A stretch of 64,000 bases of DNA from an uncultured Gammaproteobacteria bacterium. GTDB lineage: Bacteria > Pseudomonadota > Gammaproteobacteria > JAURND01. This document shows, piece by piece, positions 43,163-52,559 of the stretch; the first letter of the stretch is position 1, and each line of letters opens with the position of its first letter. Both the position numbers and the translations under genes were made by a program. Location: assembly GCA_963714975.1 (NCBI GenBank), contig CAVQQD010000003.1, forward strand, positions 512,001 through 576,000, in the 5' to 3' direction. The notes under the pieces were generated by a model. The model was not told where the DNA came from, ran no database searches, and saw only the letters and a program-made list of their open reading frames with translations.

Positions 43163-44278
43163 CTAATGTATCCCCTTCGCTAAGAGGGCGAATTCCCGCT
43201 CGGAAATGATGCCCTCTTTAAACTTGGCTTCGGCATCGGTAATCATTGGCTGCCCTTTTTCGCGGACTAGTTTGCGGGTGAGGGCAGTAATTTTTTCAGG
43301 GTCAATAGTCAGCATTTCATCGCGGATTTCTTCATTAAATATCAAATATTCTCGCAGAGCTACGCGCTTGCCATCCACGGTAGGCACGAGCTTTTGCCAA
43401 ATCACTAAACGAATCGTTTCCACAATATCAATGGCGCGGCCTTGGCGCTCTTCACTGGGGAAGGTTCCCACTAAACGGCGCACGGTTTCGGCCACTCCGG
43501 TGCTGTGCAGCGTGGTGTATACCGGATGACCCGTGAGTGCGGCTTCAATAACGGCACTGATGGTTTCGATATCTCTGGATTCACCGACTAAAATTAGCCG
43601 GGGTTTGCGTCGTAAGGCATTGCGGACCCCAGCCGCAAACGAGGGGAGATGGCGGGGGATTTCCGATTGGCTGACGATGGAGCTGGGTTTTTCGATGCTG
43701 TCAAAGACAAATTCAATCGGGGCTTCGTAAGTTAAAATCTTGCGATTGCTGTTCGGGTCTTCGGCTATTTCTTTAATGATGGCGGCTAAGAGGGTGCTTT
43801 TACCGGAACCGGTGGCGCCGGTGATATAAACCACGCCTTGCTCTGGAGCGATAGCTGCTAAAATGGTAGGCGGTAGATTGAGACTGGCTAAGTCAGGGGG
43901 GTAAGTAGGAATGACGCGTAAAGTAACTTGAATGCCAATATGACCCTCAACTTGGCAACCGGTGCCATTGACCCGAAATCGGTAGCGGTTGCCGCGTGAG
44001 GGTCTAAATTCGTAATGGGTATCCACATCTTGGCCGCTGAGGATTTGTGTGGTGCCATTGGGGCCGTAGAGCGAATTTAACAAATCAGTTATTTCGGCAT
44101 GGGTCATGCGGCGTTTAGTTAATTTATAAAGCCGGCCGTAAACTTCCGCAAAAATCGGCTCTCCGGTTTGGAAGGTGATGTCCGAAGCATTTAACTCAGT
44201 GCAATAGGTGAGGAACTCATCCAGATAATGAGGGGTAAATCGTTGCGGTTCATTCGGGTAGTAGTGATTTTCTTGCAT
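43163..44278 (-). CDS. dotB: Dot/Icm ATPase DotB
   Basis: ASDITFQT, GATGSGKST, YEAPIEF, NALRRKP and TGHPVYTTLH motifs. Confidence 0.95.
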   Translation of the reverse strand: MQENHYYPNEPQRFTPHYLDEFLTYCTELNASDITFQTGEPIFAEVYGRLYKLTKRRMTHAEITDLLNSLYGPNGTTQILSGQDVDTHYEFRPSRGNRYRFRVNGTGCQVEGHIGIQVTLRVIPTYPPDLASLNLPPTILAAIAPEQGVVYITGATGSGKSTLLAAIIKEIAEDPNSNRKILTYEAPIEFVFDSIEKPSSIVSQSEIPRHLPSFAAGVRNALRRKPRLILVGESRDIETISAVIEAALTGHPVYTTLHSTGVAETVRRLVGTFPSEERQGRAIDIVETIRLVIWQKLVPTVDGKRVALREYLIFNEEIRDEMLTIDPEKITALTRKLVREKGQPMITDAEAKFKEGIISEREFALLAKGIH

Positions 44279-44292
44279 TATGTCACCTGAAA

Positions 44293-44381
44293 AATTCCCT
44301 CTCCCCCGCCAAATCCCCTATCCCCCTTTACAAAAGGGGGATAGGGGATTTGGAAGGTGGGAGAGGGTTAGGGAGAGGGGG
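44293..44381. repeat. Family A repeat with a family D-type hairpin in its loop
   Basis: ccctctcccc[ccaaatcccctatcccc...ggggataggggatttgg]aaggtgggagagggttagggagagggg. Confidence 0.78.
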
Positions 44382-44389
44382 TATTATAA

Positions 44390-45241
44390 TCACTCCACAC
44401 TTTCTGTGCCCTCAGTTCCGTCAGGGCCTTGGCGGCGAATAGCACCTTCAGTTCCCGGAACTATGACTGACCTCCATTTTTTGCTGTTTGGAACTAGCTT
44501 AGAAGTAGCGGTAATCCGTAATATTTGGTCGTTAATACGCAGTTCATTTTCATCACCAGTGATGCCCATATTAGTTTGTGCCACAAAGGGAGCTGTAACC
44601 ATTTTTTGTTGTAGTAATTTTTTGTACAAGATCATGCCATTAAAATCTCGTCTGAGGCGGCCCATATTGGCGGCGAGAATTTGATTGGCTTGTTGAATGC
44701 CATCATTCCAACCCTCTAAAGCCGCTTCATTCCATACTGCGCGTTCTTCTGTGGTTTTAGGCAGCAAACCACCCATTGGTTTTTCTGGGGGGTGATAATA
44801 CATCCAAAGATAGTCGCGCCAAATGGGCGGAGCGGTGACAAAGCGCGCTGGGCTTTCAATTTTGTAAATTCGGTCTGCCAAGCGCAGGGTATTCGGATCA
44901 TCTAATACTAAGGCATTATCTCCATCGGTCAGCACCGGAGGAAGGACATTTTGATCAACCAGCAGGGCTCGAAAATTAAAGATTCGATTGAGATTGCGAT
45001 CATCTTTCTCCAACATTTCGTTGATGCGACCTGCTTCCCAAGCTAAACCACTTTGGGCGCCCAGAGCCGTTGCCGTATCTCGTAGCATTACGGCGCGCAT
45101 CGGATTTACATCAGTCACATGAGAAAGGGGGAAGCCATTAATTTCAGCCGGAGGTGGTGGTTTTTTTTTGGCACATCCAGCTAACGACACGATCACACAG
45201 GCAATGAGCAAAATAACGAATCGAAAACGCGCTTTAGCCAT
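44390..45241 (-). CDS. dotC: Dot/Icm lipoprotein DotC
   Basis: LAGC lipobox, GAQSGL, VLPPVL, ARFVTAPPIWRDYL. Confidence 0.93.
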   Translation of the reverse strand: MAKARFRFVILLIACVIVSLAGCAKKKPPPPAEINGFPLSHVTDVNPMRAVMLRDTATALGAQSGLAWEAGRINEMLEKDDRNLNRIFNFRALLVDQNVLPPVLTDGDNALVLDDPNTLRLADRIYKIESPARFVTAPPIWRDYLWMYYHPPEKPMGGLLPKTTEERAVWNEAALEGWNDGIQQANQILAANMGRLRRDFNGMILYKKLLQQKMVTAPFVAQTNMGITGDENELRINDQILRITATSKLVPNSKKWRSVIVPGTEGAIRRQGPDGTEGTESVE

Positions 45242-45255
45242 AGTCCTCTCAATTT

Positions 45256-45771
45256 TTAGGGGTAATGTTTTTGTTGAAACGCGCGATAACGCAGTTCAAT
45301 CGTGCGGCGACTGGAATAAATTACCACGTCTGCTTTTAGATCAGCTTGGAAATCGGCATCTCGGAGGATATCGGCGATTGGCATGTTGACTGCATACACA
45401 GCGACGATGACTGGAATAGCAGGTCTATTACCAATGACGCGATATTTGTAGTGCCCCGCTCGGGCTAATTGTTGAATTAAAGGTTCAATCGGACCGGTCC
45501 AATCTACAGAGGCTAACATGCCTAGGCCAATGCTATCGGGATCGGGTGGGGGTTTGAGTTTGGCTTTGGGGTGAGTTGCTTTTTCTATTTCAGCGAGTTG
45601 GATTAGAGATTCACTGGCGGAGACTGCTGCTTCAGAAATTTTGGTATGGGCATTTACCGAGCCTGGGTCAGTAGGATAAAAGATGTGGGTTTTAGTTTTA
45701 ATGGGACGGGTAATGCATCCAGATAGCAAAACCACAGCAATTAAGCCTAAAGCAAGTAGTTTTGCTTTCAT
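45256..45771 (-). CDS. dotD: Dot/Icm lipoprotein DotD
   Basis: LSGC lipobox, SVDWTGPIEP, ILRDADFQ, IELRY. Confidence 0.92.
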   Translation of the reverse strand: MKAKLLALGLIAVVLLSGCITRPIKTKTHIFYPTDPGSVNAHTKISEAAVSASESLIQLAEIEKATHPKAKLKPPPDPDSIGLGMLASVDWTGPIEPLIQQLARAGHYKYRVIGNRPAIPVIVAVYAVNMPIADILRDADFQADLKADVVIYSSRRTIELRYRAFQQKHYP

Positions 45772-45863
45772 CTTTTCCCCTTACATTATTAAAATTTCCC
45801 AGCGGTTATTGAAGCAACTTCATCTGCCAGTGTCAACCACTTTAGAATTCCCTTCTCGTCCAG

Positions 45864-46071
45864 CTATCCGATGCACACAAATAATCGGTCAGCAATTCCG
45901 CTGAAACCTTGTTCCCCGACGGGTCCTGCCGCTGCGGCACCCCACCAAAATCCTCCTACCCCTTTTACAAAGGGGTAGGAGGATTTCTGTTAGGGTCCCC
46001 GCCTGCGCGTCACCCGTCGGGGAGCAAGGCTTCAGCAGGAATTGCTGACCGAATTTGTGTGCATCGGATAG
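45864..46071. mobile_element. Complete ctatcc-MITE, 208 bp, with a 9-bp TSD
   Basis: Long imperfect TIRs; ctcgtccag at 45855-45863 and 46072-46080; internal hairpin. Confidence 0.92.
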
Positions 46072-46093
46072 CTCGTCCAGTGGGTGAGAAAGG

Positions 46094-47377
46094 TTAGGGG
46101 GAATTTTTTAGCAGCCACTTATAGACCGGTAGAATAGTAATGGTCTTCTTATCTACAAGAACTTGGCCTTCTTCATCATCGGTTAATAATAGGGCATTAT
46201 CTAGGTGCAGCTCTTCCATTGCTTGGACCAAAGCTTTTATTTCCCGATTTCGGGTTTCTTCATTTTCAAGTTTAAATGCCACTTGAATGATGCTCTCTAC
46301 TTGATTCCCTTGTCGCAGTAAAAAGTCCACTTCAAGATTCTTTTGGGTTTTATAGTAATAGATATCTTTTTTATGGCGGGCTAATTCGAGAAACACTAAA
46401 TTTTCTAGGAATTGACCTTGATTTTTAGAAAATTGAAAAGCAATCGCATTAGCCAGTCCATTATCAATGGCATAGATTTTTTTAGCCGCTATAACTTGTT
46501 CTTTTAATGAATAAGTATATTGATTAATACTGAAGAGTAGATAGCAATCTTCTAAATACTGAATATAATTTTTAATGGTATTGATACTGCCAAGTGAAAT
46601 AAATTTTAATAATTTATTGAATGAAAATGTTCTTGCCATATTCGTAATTAAGTACAAGCTTAATTCGCGTAATCCCTTAACATCTTTGATTTCATAACGG
46701 CTAATGACATCGCGAAATAAAATATCTTCATAAACTTGCACCAAGATACGAGAATCTTCGAGTAATGGTCCATAGCGTAGGTATTCCGGCATTCCGCCGT
46801 GGCGTAAATAATGATTAAACAAGCGTCGTAAATGACCCCTTTTTTTTGTCTCGTACCAAGTTTGCTCTGTTACTTCCATATGGTGATGTTGCAAAAACTC
46901 GGCAAATGAAAATGGGAATAATTCTATATCAAGATGACGACCAGTAAGCTTAGTACCCATCTCCTTGCTTAGTAAAGAAGCATTGGAACCCGTTAAAAAA
47001 AATTTAAATCCAGAATCTTGCATTCGTCGAACATAAATTTCCCATTGCTCGATATTTTGAATTTCATCGAAATAAAAAATGTTTCGTTCTCCATGAAGCT
47101 CGACAAAACTTTCATAAAGTTTATTAAAGTCATTTACCGTGAAGCGTAACAAACGCTCGTCTTCAAAATTTAAGTAATAAAATGGCTGCTCGAGTTGCTG
47201 GAGCAACTGAGATAATAAAGTAGATTTGCCACAACGTCGGACGCCTTTGACGATTACCGCATGGGGGCTGCTGCACAATGCCGCTAGCTCCGAATAATTG
47301 GCGCGAGGGACAATTTCAGTTGGAAGCTTGAGACGTTCCTGTTGGTCGATGATAATTTCTTTAAAATTAATCTGCAT
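46094..47377 (-). CDS. AAA_14 + DUF4143 ATP-binding protein
   Basis: GVRRCGKST, FDEIQN, TGSNASLL, GGMPE and ENLV...EVDF motifs. Confidence 0.88.
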   Translation of the reverse strand: MQINFKEIIIDQQERLKLPTEIVPRANYSELAALCSSPHAVIVKGVRRCGKSTLLSQLLQQLEQPFYYLNFEDERLLRFTVNDFNKLYESFVELHGERNIFYFDEIQNIEQWEIYVRRMQDSGFKFFLTGSNASLLSKEMGTKLTGRHLDIELFPFSFAEFLQHHHMEVTEQTWYETKKRGHLRRLFNHYLRHGGMPEYLRYGPLLEDSRILVQVYEDILFRDVISRYEIKDVKGLRELSLYLITNMARTFSFNKLLKFISLGSINTIKNYIQYLEDCYLLFSINQYTYSLKEQVIAAKKIYAIDNGLANAIAFQFSKNQGQFLENLVFLELARHKKDIYYYKTQKNLEVDFLLRQGNQVESIIQVAFKLENEETRNREIKALVQAMEELHLDNALLLTDDEEGQVLVDKKTITILPVYKWLLKNSP

Positions 47378-47426
47378 AGTGAATAAGAAGTATAGTGGCT
47401 TATTCATTGGAATGAAAGAGGGGATT

Positions 47427-48053
47427 CTAAAGAGTAAACAGCACAAAAGCTCCGAACCCAAAAATCATAGTTCCTGCGCAGCGATTAATTTTTTGTCTCA
47501 CTGCTAGATTGAGGCGGTGGTGTAGCCAAAAGGCGACAGAGCTGCTGAGAACAGCCCACCAGAGCGCAGAACCTAGGATAATCGCCAATACTAGAAAACT
47601 GGCTTCGAGGTAGTCGGTAGAAAGAGTCGTGCCTAGGCCGAAACCAGCAAAAATACCGATAAAAGAAAGGATGGTCATGGGATTAGCTAAGGTGAGGAAA
47701 AACGCGGTAGTAAAGGTACGCCATAAAGAGTGATTTGAATTAGGCGGAGTGTTTAGAGTGGGGCGGATGAAAAATATTCTACTTCCCATCAAGAGCAAAA
47801 ATAATCCGCCGACTAAGCGAATCCAAAATTGCTGAGCTAATAATAGTGAGGAAATGGCCGTTAAACCAAAGGCCGCGATTAAACCATAAACCCCGTCTGC
47901 TGCCACTGCTCCCAAACCGGTAAACAAGCCCATTTTAAATCCGCTATGGAAGGAACGTTGAATGCATAGCACCCCAATTGGACCGACCGGGGCCGCGATA
48001 GCAAAGCCAATTAACATTCCTTTGATAAAGAAAATAGGGAGGTAGAGGTCCAT
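47427..48053 (-). CDS. LysE-family translocator
   Basis: AAPVGPIGVLCI, GLGAVAAD and LTLANPMTI motifs. Confidence 0.88.
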   Translation of the reverse strand: MDLYLPIFFIKGMLIGFAIAAPVGPIGVLCIQRSFHSGFKMGLFTGLGAVAADGVYGLIAAFGLTAISSLLLAQQFWIRLVGGLFLLLMGSRIFFIRPTLNTPPNSNHSLWRTFTTAFFLTLANPMTILSFIGIFAGFGLGTTLSTDYLEASFLVLAIILGSALWWAVLSSSVAFWLHHRLNLAVRQKINRCAGTMIFGFGAFVLFTL

Positions 48054-48062
48054 GAGAAATAA

Positions 48063-49139
48063 TTAACTTGGCTGTGGCCAGATAGCGTTAGGCAAAATGG
48101 CCTTTGCTTCTTCTGCAAGTGCAAGTTGATGACCAATAAAACTCCACGCTATGTATAAAGCAAGCAGTATTTCAGCCGTTATAAGAACGGGTATCACTCG
48201 GCTATCTATCTGCATGAAATCGACTATCTGATCTCGATACTGATAGGTTGCTTTTGCGCCATAACATCCAGCACTGAGGGTAATTGCTGCCGCAAGTTGC
48301 CAAAAAAATTCGGTGGCAGGGGAGGTAGGGAGTGTTGGAAGGAGATTCTGAGATTGTGATACTTGCTTTGTCTCAACCCATGGTAGTTCGTAGTTGGGTG
48401 GTCGGTAGCCGAGAGGTACTTTGAAACTTCGGTGTTCCGATTCTTGTCGGGCAGGGGTAACACTCTGTTGGTTAGCTTGGTTAGCCTGAGGTTGACGAGA
48501 GAGAGCTTGTTTCAGCTCAATATCTGGATCTGGTAAGCGTTTGGTTTCTTGGCTAGGCGTAGGTGGTGCTGCACTATTGTCATGATTCTTTTGATCAGTT
48601 AAAGGTTGACGCGGGGGGCCTTGTGCCTGTCGGAAAGCTTTCAAGCTTGTGAATTTATGGCTAGTACTACTGGGAGGTACGGCTGCATTGTAACCATGTT
48701 CCTTTAGATCATCTGACTTCTGCACCTCCAAACTTAAAGCTATAGCCCTTTGAGTTTCTCCTTCATCATCACTATCTTCATTTCCGTTGTTGTTTTCCCT
48801 TTGTAAGTGTCCAGGAACAGTGGCAGGACTAGTAGGAATCGGGTTAATTTTCTTTTCTTCTTCCTCATCCTCTGAGGTGTCCCCTATGTCTCCCTGAATC
48901 TGAGGGGTGGAGTTGGGGTTTTGATTTGCTTGACAGAATGATATGGTTGCCAGGCCTATGAGGTGGTGGGTTAGGACAATTCCTGGACTCATCAGCGTCA
49001 ATAACATAAACACATTGCGGCTTGCGGCAGCAGTAGCGGTATGTGAGTTACGTTTCTTTTCTTCTTCCTCCTGCTTTGAGCCTGGATCCGATTTAGCGGT
49101 AGACTGCGTGCTTTCTTTAGTCTCCAATGTTGCTTCCAC
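48063..49139 (-). CDS. Low-complexity hypothetical protein with a UIM-like motif and TM helices (candidate effector)
   Basis: DDEGETQRAIALSLE; two hydrophobic segments near the C-terminus. Confidence 0.6.
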   Translation of the reverse strand: MEATLETKESTQSTAKSDPGSKQEEEEKKRNSHTATAAASRNVFMLLTLMSPGIVLTHHLIGLATISFCQANQNPNSTPQIQGDIGDTSEDEEEEKKINPIPTSPATVPGHLQRENNNGNEDSDDEGETQRAIALSLEVQKSDDLKEHGYNAAVPPSSTSHKFTSLKAFRQAQGPPRQPLTDQKNHDNSAAPPTPSQETKRLPDPDIELKQALSRQPQANQANQQSVTPARQESEHRSFKVPLGYRPPNYELPWVETKQVSQSQNLLPTLPTSPATEFFWQLAAAITLSAGCYGAKATYQYRDQIVDFMQIDSRVIPVLITAEILLALYIAWSFIGHQLALAEEAKAILPNAIWPQPS

Positions 49140-49182
49140 AAGGTCACCTTACAAATACGATTTTAACTATTTCCACCAAAAA

Positions 49183-49267
49183 GGCTCTATGAAGTTTTGA
49201 GTGGGTAATATATCCTTCTCCCACAAGGGGAGAAGGATATATTACCCACTCGATTCTACAAAGAACC
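49183..49267. mobile_element. 85-bp MITE with an 8-bp TSD (same family as 32752)
   Basis: ggctctatg...caaagaacc flanked by accaaaaa on both sides. Confidence 0.87.
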
Positions 49268-49358
49268 ACCAAAAATGATTGGAAGTCCTGTAATTTTTGG
49301 TGAATTATAGCCAATTTAAGGGTATGAGGCAAGGTCTCACGTTGGTGGGGGGAGATTT

Positions 49359-52300
49359 TTACAACTTCTCCGGGCAGCGAAATTCACTCATGAGTTTGGG
49401 GATAAAGGGATTGATCGGTTTGTCTGCGACCAATTCATAGGGAACCATCATGCCATTGCTAGTGAAATTAAGTGTGTAGAAACTGGTATTAGCGGTATTG
49501 GTCCAATTCGCGCGGTCGAGAAGTTTAAATACAGCCCACTCTCCGGTTTCTTGCCAGCTGGTGTTACCTGCAGAGGTATTAAATTCTAAGCTAGCCAGGC
49601 CAGACTTTGGACCTGGCCAGGTTATTTTTTTAGCGGCACGAAAATCACGCAAGTAATTAATTTCTTGTCCTTCCAAATTGAGCAGATAATTGCCCGACAT
49701 TAATTGCATTGAAGAAGGCGTTAGGGAAAATTGCACTGCGGGGGTTTTTTGATTATCCGCAAAATACATGCGGCGAATTAAAGTAGCGCGATTGAGCATT
49801 TCTAAGTGGGCTTGAGGAATATTGAGGTGTTCGCCATCTACATATTTCCATTGCCAATAAAGTTGGCTGTTGTCCACAAAAGCTAATAGGTTGCGGGTGA
49901 TAAAGCTGTCTAACGTGCCTTGAGAAGAAAAAAACTGGGTAAATTCTGCTAATGACATGTCCGTCGCAGCGTCTTTAACAATAGGGTAGCGATTTTGAAT
50001 GTGCTCGTGGTAAGCAGGCCATACTTCGGCTAGCCACAACAAATTTAAATAACTCCGTGAAGATTGCAGCATACTTCGCCAAGTATTAATACTGAGGGTA
50101 CGTAACCACCCATTAACAGGCGCGGGAGCGGATTTTGCTTCGCTTAATAATTGGGTGATGGGATCGTTCCGTCCGTGCTTTTTCATGCGCATTTGTGCTG
50201 CAGTCAGTGCCGCGCGACCTGGGTCTTCATTTTCGGTGATTGCAGCTAAATAGTGATCTAAATCGCTGAGCGATTTTTGCAAGCTGGTTTGTGCATGGCT
50301 GTTTTCGATAAATTGACTGATTGCTTGGTGAGTACTCATCACAGCAGCAGCTTCTGGAAGATTGGCAATCGGTTGTAAGTTGTTCTCGACTTGCTTGATT
50401 AAAGCCAACAGGGGTGAATTTTCCTGATAAAAACTAGCAGTAAGCTGGCGAGCCTGGTTCAAGTTTTGAAATGGTTGCAGCTGAATATGGGTGAGTTGAA
50501 ATTGCCAAAACAGCGCATAGCGCTGAACGTATAAGCGTCGCACTGCACTGATAATTTGGGCTGTTAAAGGCTCAGCAAGATTGTCGGGTAATTTTAAATT
50601 TAATACCCAATCATCACCCATAGCGAGATGTTGCGCTAATTCTGGTATTTCTCGATTGTAGATAGTATTAAAGTTATCGGCTGAATATAAACTCATCAAC
50701 GGAGCCGCAAAAGTGACACTGTTATTAGCAAGCACTTTCCTCGCAAATGGGATAGAGTCATATTTTTCTTGTAAGTTCAAATAAGTTAATTCGGATAAGG
50801 GCAAGCTATTTAATTTTTGTCGGGCAACTTGGGCAATGGCAGCGTTCACATTAAAATTAGGTGCGGATAAATTAAGCCAGTATGATAAATGCGTCAACCA
50901 TTCTTTTTGATGCTCAGGATCCTGTTGTCGCCAATAATTTCGAAACCAAGCGTGAACAAAATTTTTATCCAAATGAGCAGGGTCATTGAGCATGAGATAC
51001 ACTTTCAGCGCAGAAAATAATTGCTGTGGTTTACTAGTAGTTCCTTGCTGAATTTGCAGTTCTAATAATTTGCTGATATGAGGCGCAAAATCGTTGCGGA
51101 GGTGATAAGTATAATTGGCTGCTAGATTTTGGTGCAGTTCATCCACTTGTTGAAACCAAGCGGTCAGAGGGGCCCTTAAACGTCCATTGGTTATTTCTAG
51201 GGCTTCGTGCAGGTGATTTAAACCCGGTAAAATGATTAGACTGCGCCCGTGGAATGAATCCACGGGCTTGCCCAAGAGGGAGAGCTGCGTCTCTCCCCCT
51301 AGGTAATCCCCCATTGCTTTGCCCATGGGCTGACGCCCTTGGGTAATGGGTAAAAATGCTTGAGTAGTGCTGATATTTAATAAGTGCTGCACATGGTCTA
51401 GTTTGGCTTTGTTATAAAAATAACTTAATGCTGAAGAAAGGGCCCAGGCTAAAAACAGCCCTCCTAATGCAGCGTAAAAATGCTTTTTCTTCATCAAAAG
51501 AAAAGCAGGAATTTTCCTAGTTTGAGGCGATTTGGTTTGGGTAATTTTGCGCAGCATTTGTTGAATAAAATAAGGCTTGTGTTGTGGCATGTAATAATTA
51601 ATTTGTGACTTTAAAAAAGTGGGCAACCCAAAATTGCTTGATACTAGCGCTAAGGCATCGGTGATATTGCCGTCTTGGAAACTGCTGGTGAAATAGACTC
51701 CTCCCAAGCTAGCTTTAGTACTATGTAATTGGCTGGCCAAATTAATAATATGATTTTTTTGCGATTCTAATTGCAAGGGGAAATTTTTAATTTGGACGCG
51801 TTTTTCAATATTGTGTTCTCGGTGCAAACGACTAAGTAATTGTTGATTTAGTCGTTGCAGAAAGGCACTAAATTTTTCTTCTAGGTGAGCAGGCAGATTT
51901 TGTTGCGCCAGGCCAAGAGGTAGAGCAATGCCAAAAGCCTGTTGGCAATCTTCGGGGCTTAGTGCATTAAATGATTCCGTGAATCCTGGGATGCGATCAC
52001 ATTTAGTAAAAATAATGTAGATGGGTAAAAGCGCTTGAAATTGGGTCAAGGTCTGGATGCGATGGCGCAAGACATCAATTTGCAATTGCCGCTGACCTCG
52101 TTGCTTGTGTTGAAATTCATGTAAATCAATGCACAGAATCAGACCGTCCACAGGACGGTAGCGTCGATAACGCCGTAATAAACCAATAAAGCCATTCCAA
52201 ATCATATGGGAGTCATTTTTAGGGTCGTCGGGTAGGACCAAAGTTCCTGAGGTGTCAATAAAAACGGTTTCTTTACCGAACCACCAATGGCAATAAGCGG

Positions 52301-52559
52301 TGGGGCTAGGGTTTTGGACGGTGTGGCCGTCGATGGAAGATAGTTCCAAGCCTTTGCTGGTGAGAAGGCTAGTTTTACCGGCATTTTCTGCTCCTAAGAC
52401 CAGGTACCAGGGCAACTTAGGGCGGAAAAAAAACGTGGTGAAACGATTTTGTTTTAGGTAGTTCAGTGCATCTTCTATGCTTTGGCGTAATACATTTAAT
52501 TTAGCTTTAGCGTGCTCCACGCGCCAATGGACCTGAGAAACTGCTAGGGATTTTTTCAT
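49359..52559 (-). CDS. icmF: IcmF (TssM-like)
   Basis: LPWYLVLG...GKT, CHWWF, IDTSG, TKCD..GF and GEWAVFKL; coupled to icmH. Confidence 0.9.
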   Translation of the reverse strand: MKKSLAVSQVHWRVEHAKAKLNVLRQSIEDALNYLKQNRFTTFFFRPKLPWYLVLGAENAGKTSLLTSKGLELSSIDGHTVQNPSPTAYCHWWFGKETVFIDTSGTLVLPDDPKNDSHMIWNGFIGLLRRYRRYRPVDGLILCIDLHEFQHKQRGQRQLQIDVLRHRIQTLTQFQALLPIYIIFTKCDRIPGFTESFNALSPEDCQQAFGIALPLGLAQQNLPAHLEEKFSAFLQRLNQQLLSRLHREHNIEKRVQIKNFPLQLESQKNHIINLASQLHSTKASLGGVYFTSSFQDGNITDALALVSSNFGLPTFLKSQINYYMPQHKPYFIQQMLRKITQTKSPQTRKIPAFLLMKKKHFYAALGGLFLAWALSSALSYFYNKAKLDHVQHLLNISTTQAFLPITQGRQPMGKAMGDYLGGETQLSLLGKPVDSFHGRSLIILPGLNHLHEALEITNGRLRAPLTAWFQQVDELHQNLAANYTYHLRNDFAPHISKLLELQIQQGTTSKPQQLFSALKVYLMLNDPAHLDKNFVHAWFRNYWRQQDPEHQKEWLTHLSYWLNLSAPNFNVNAAIAQVARQKLNSLPLSELTYLNLQEKYDSIPFARKVLANNSVTFAAPLMSLYSADNFNTIYNREIPELAQHLAMGDDWVLNLKLPDNLAEPLTAQIISAVRRLYVQRYALFWQFQLTHIQLQPFQNLNQARQLTASFYQENSPLLALIKQVENNLQPIANLPEAAAVMSTHQAISQFIENSHAQTSLQKSLSDLDHYLAAITENEDPGRAALTAAQMRMKKHGRNDPITQLLSEAKSAPAPVNGWLRTLSINTWRSMLQSSRSYLNLLWLAEVWPAYHEHIQNRYPIVKDAATDMSLAEFTQFFSSQGTLDSFITRNLLAFVDNSQLYWQWKYVDGEHLNIPQAHLEMLNRATLIRRMYFADNQKTPAVQFSLTPSSMQLMSGNYLLNLEGQEINYLRDFRAAKKITWPGPKSGLASLEFNTSAGNTSWQETGEWAVFKLLDRANWTNTANTSFYTLNFTSNGMMVPYELVADKPINPFIPKLMSEFRCPEKL
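51236..51345. repeat. Family F element, copy 2, in frame within icmF
   Basis: Homologous to 3341-3446; icmF frame stays open across it. Confidence 0.85.

Noticed and set aside
42982-46097. Small ORFs 42982-43209, 44280-44684 and 45909-46097
   Set aside because: They are translations of repeats or MITEs, or antisense shadows of dot genes.
37586-47377. Defence system formed by the two AAA ATPases
   Set aside because: They are unlinked, common stand-alone families; the first is truncated and has no partner gene.
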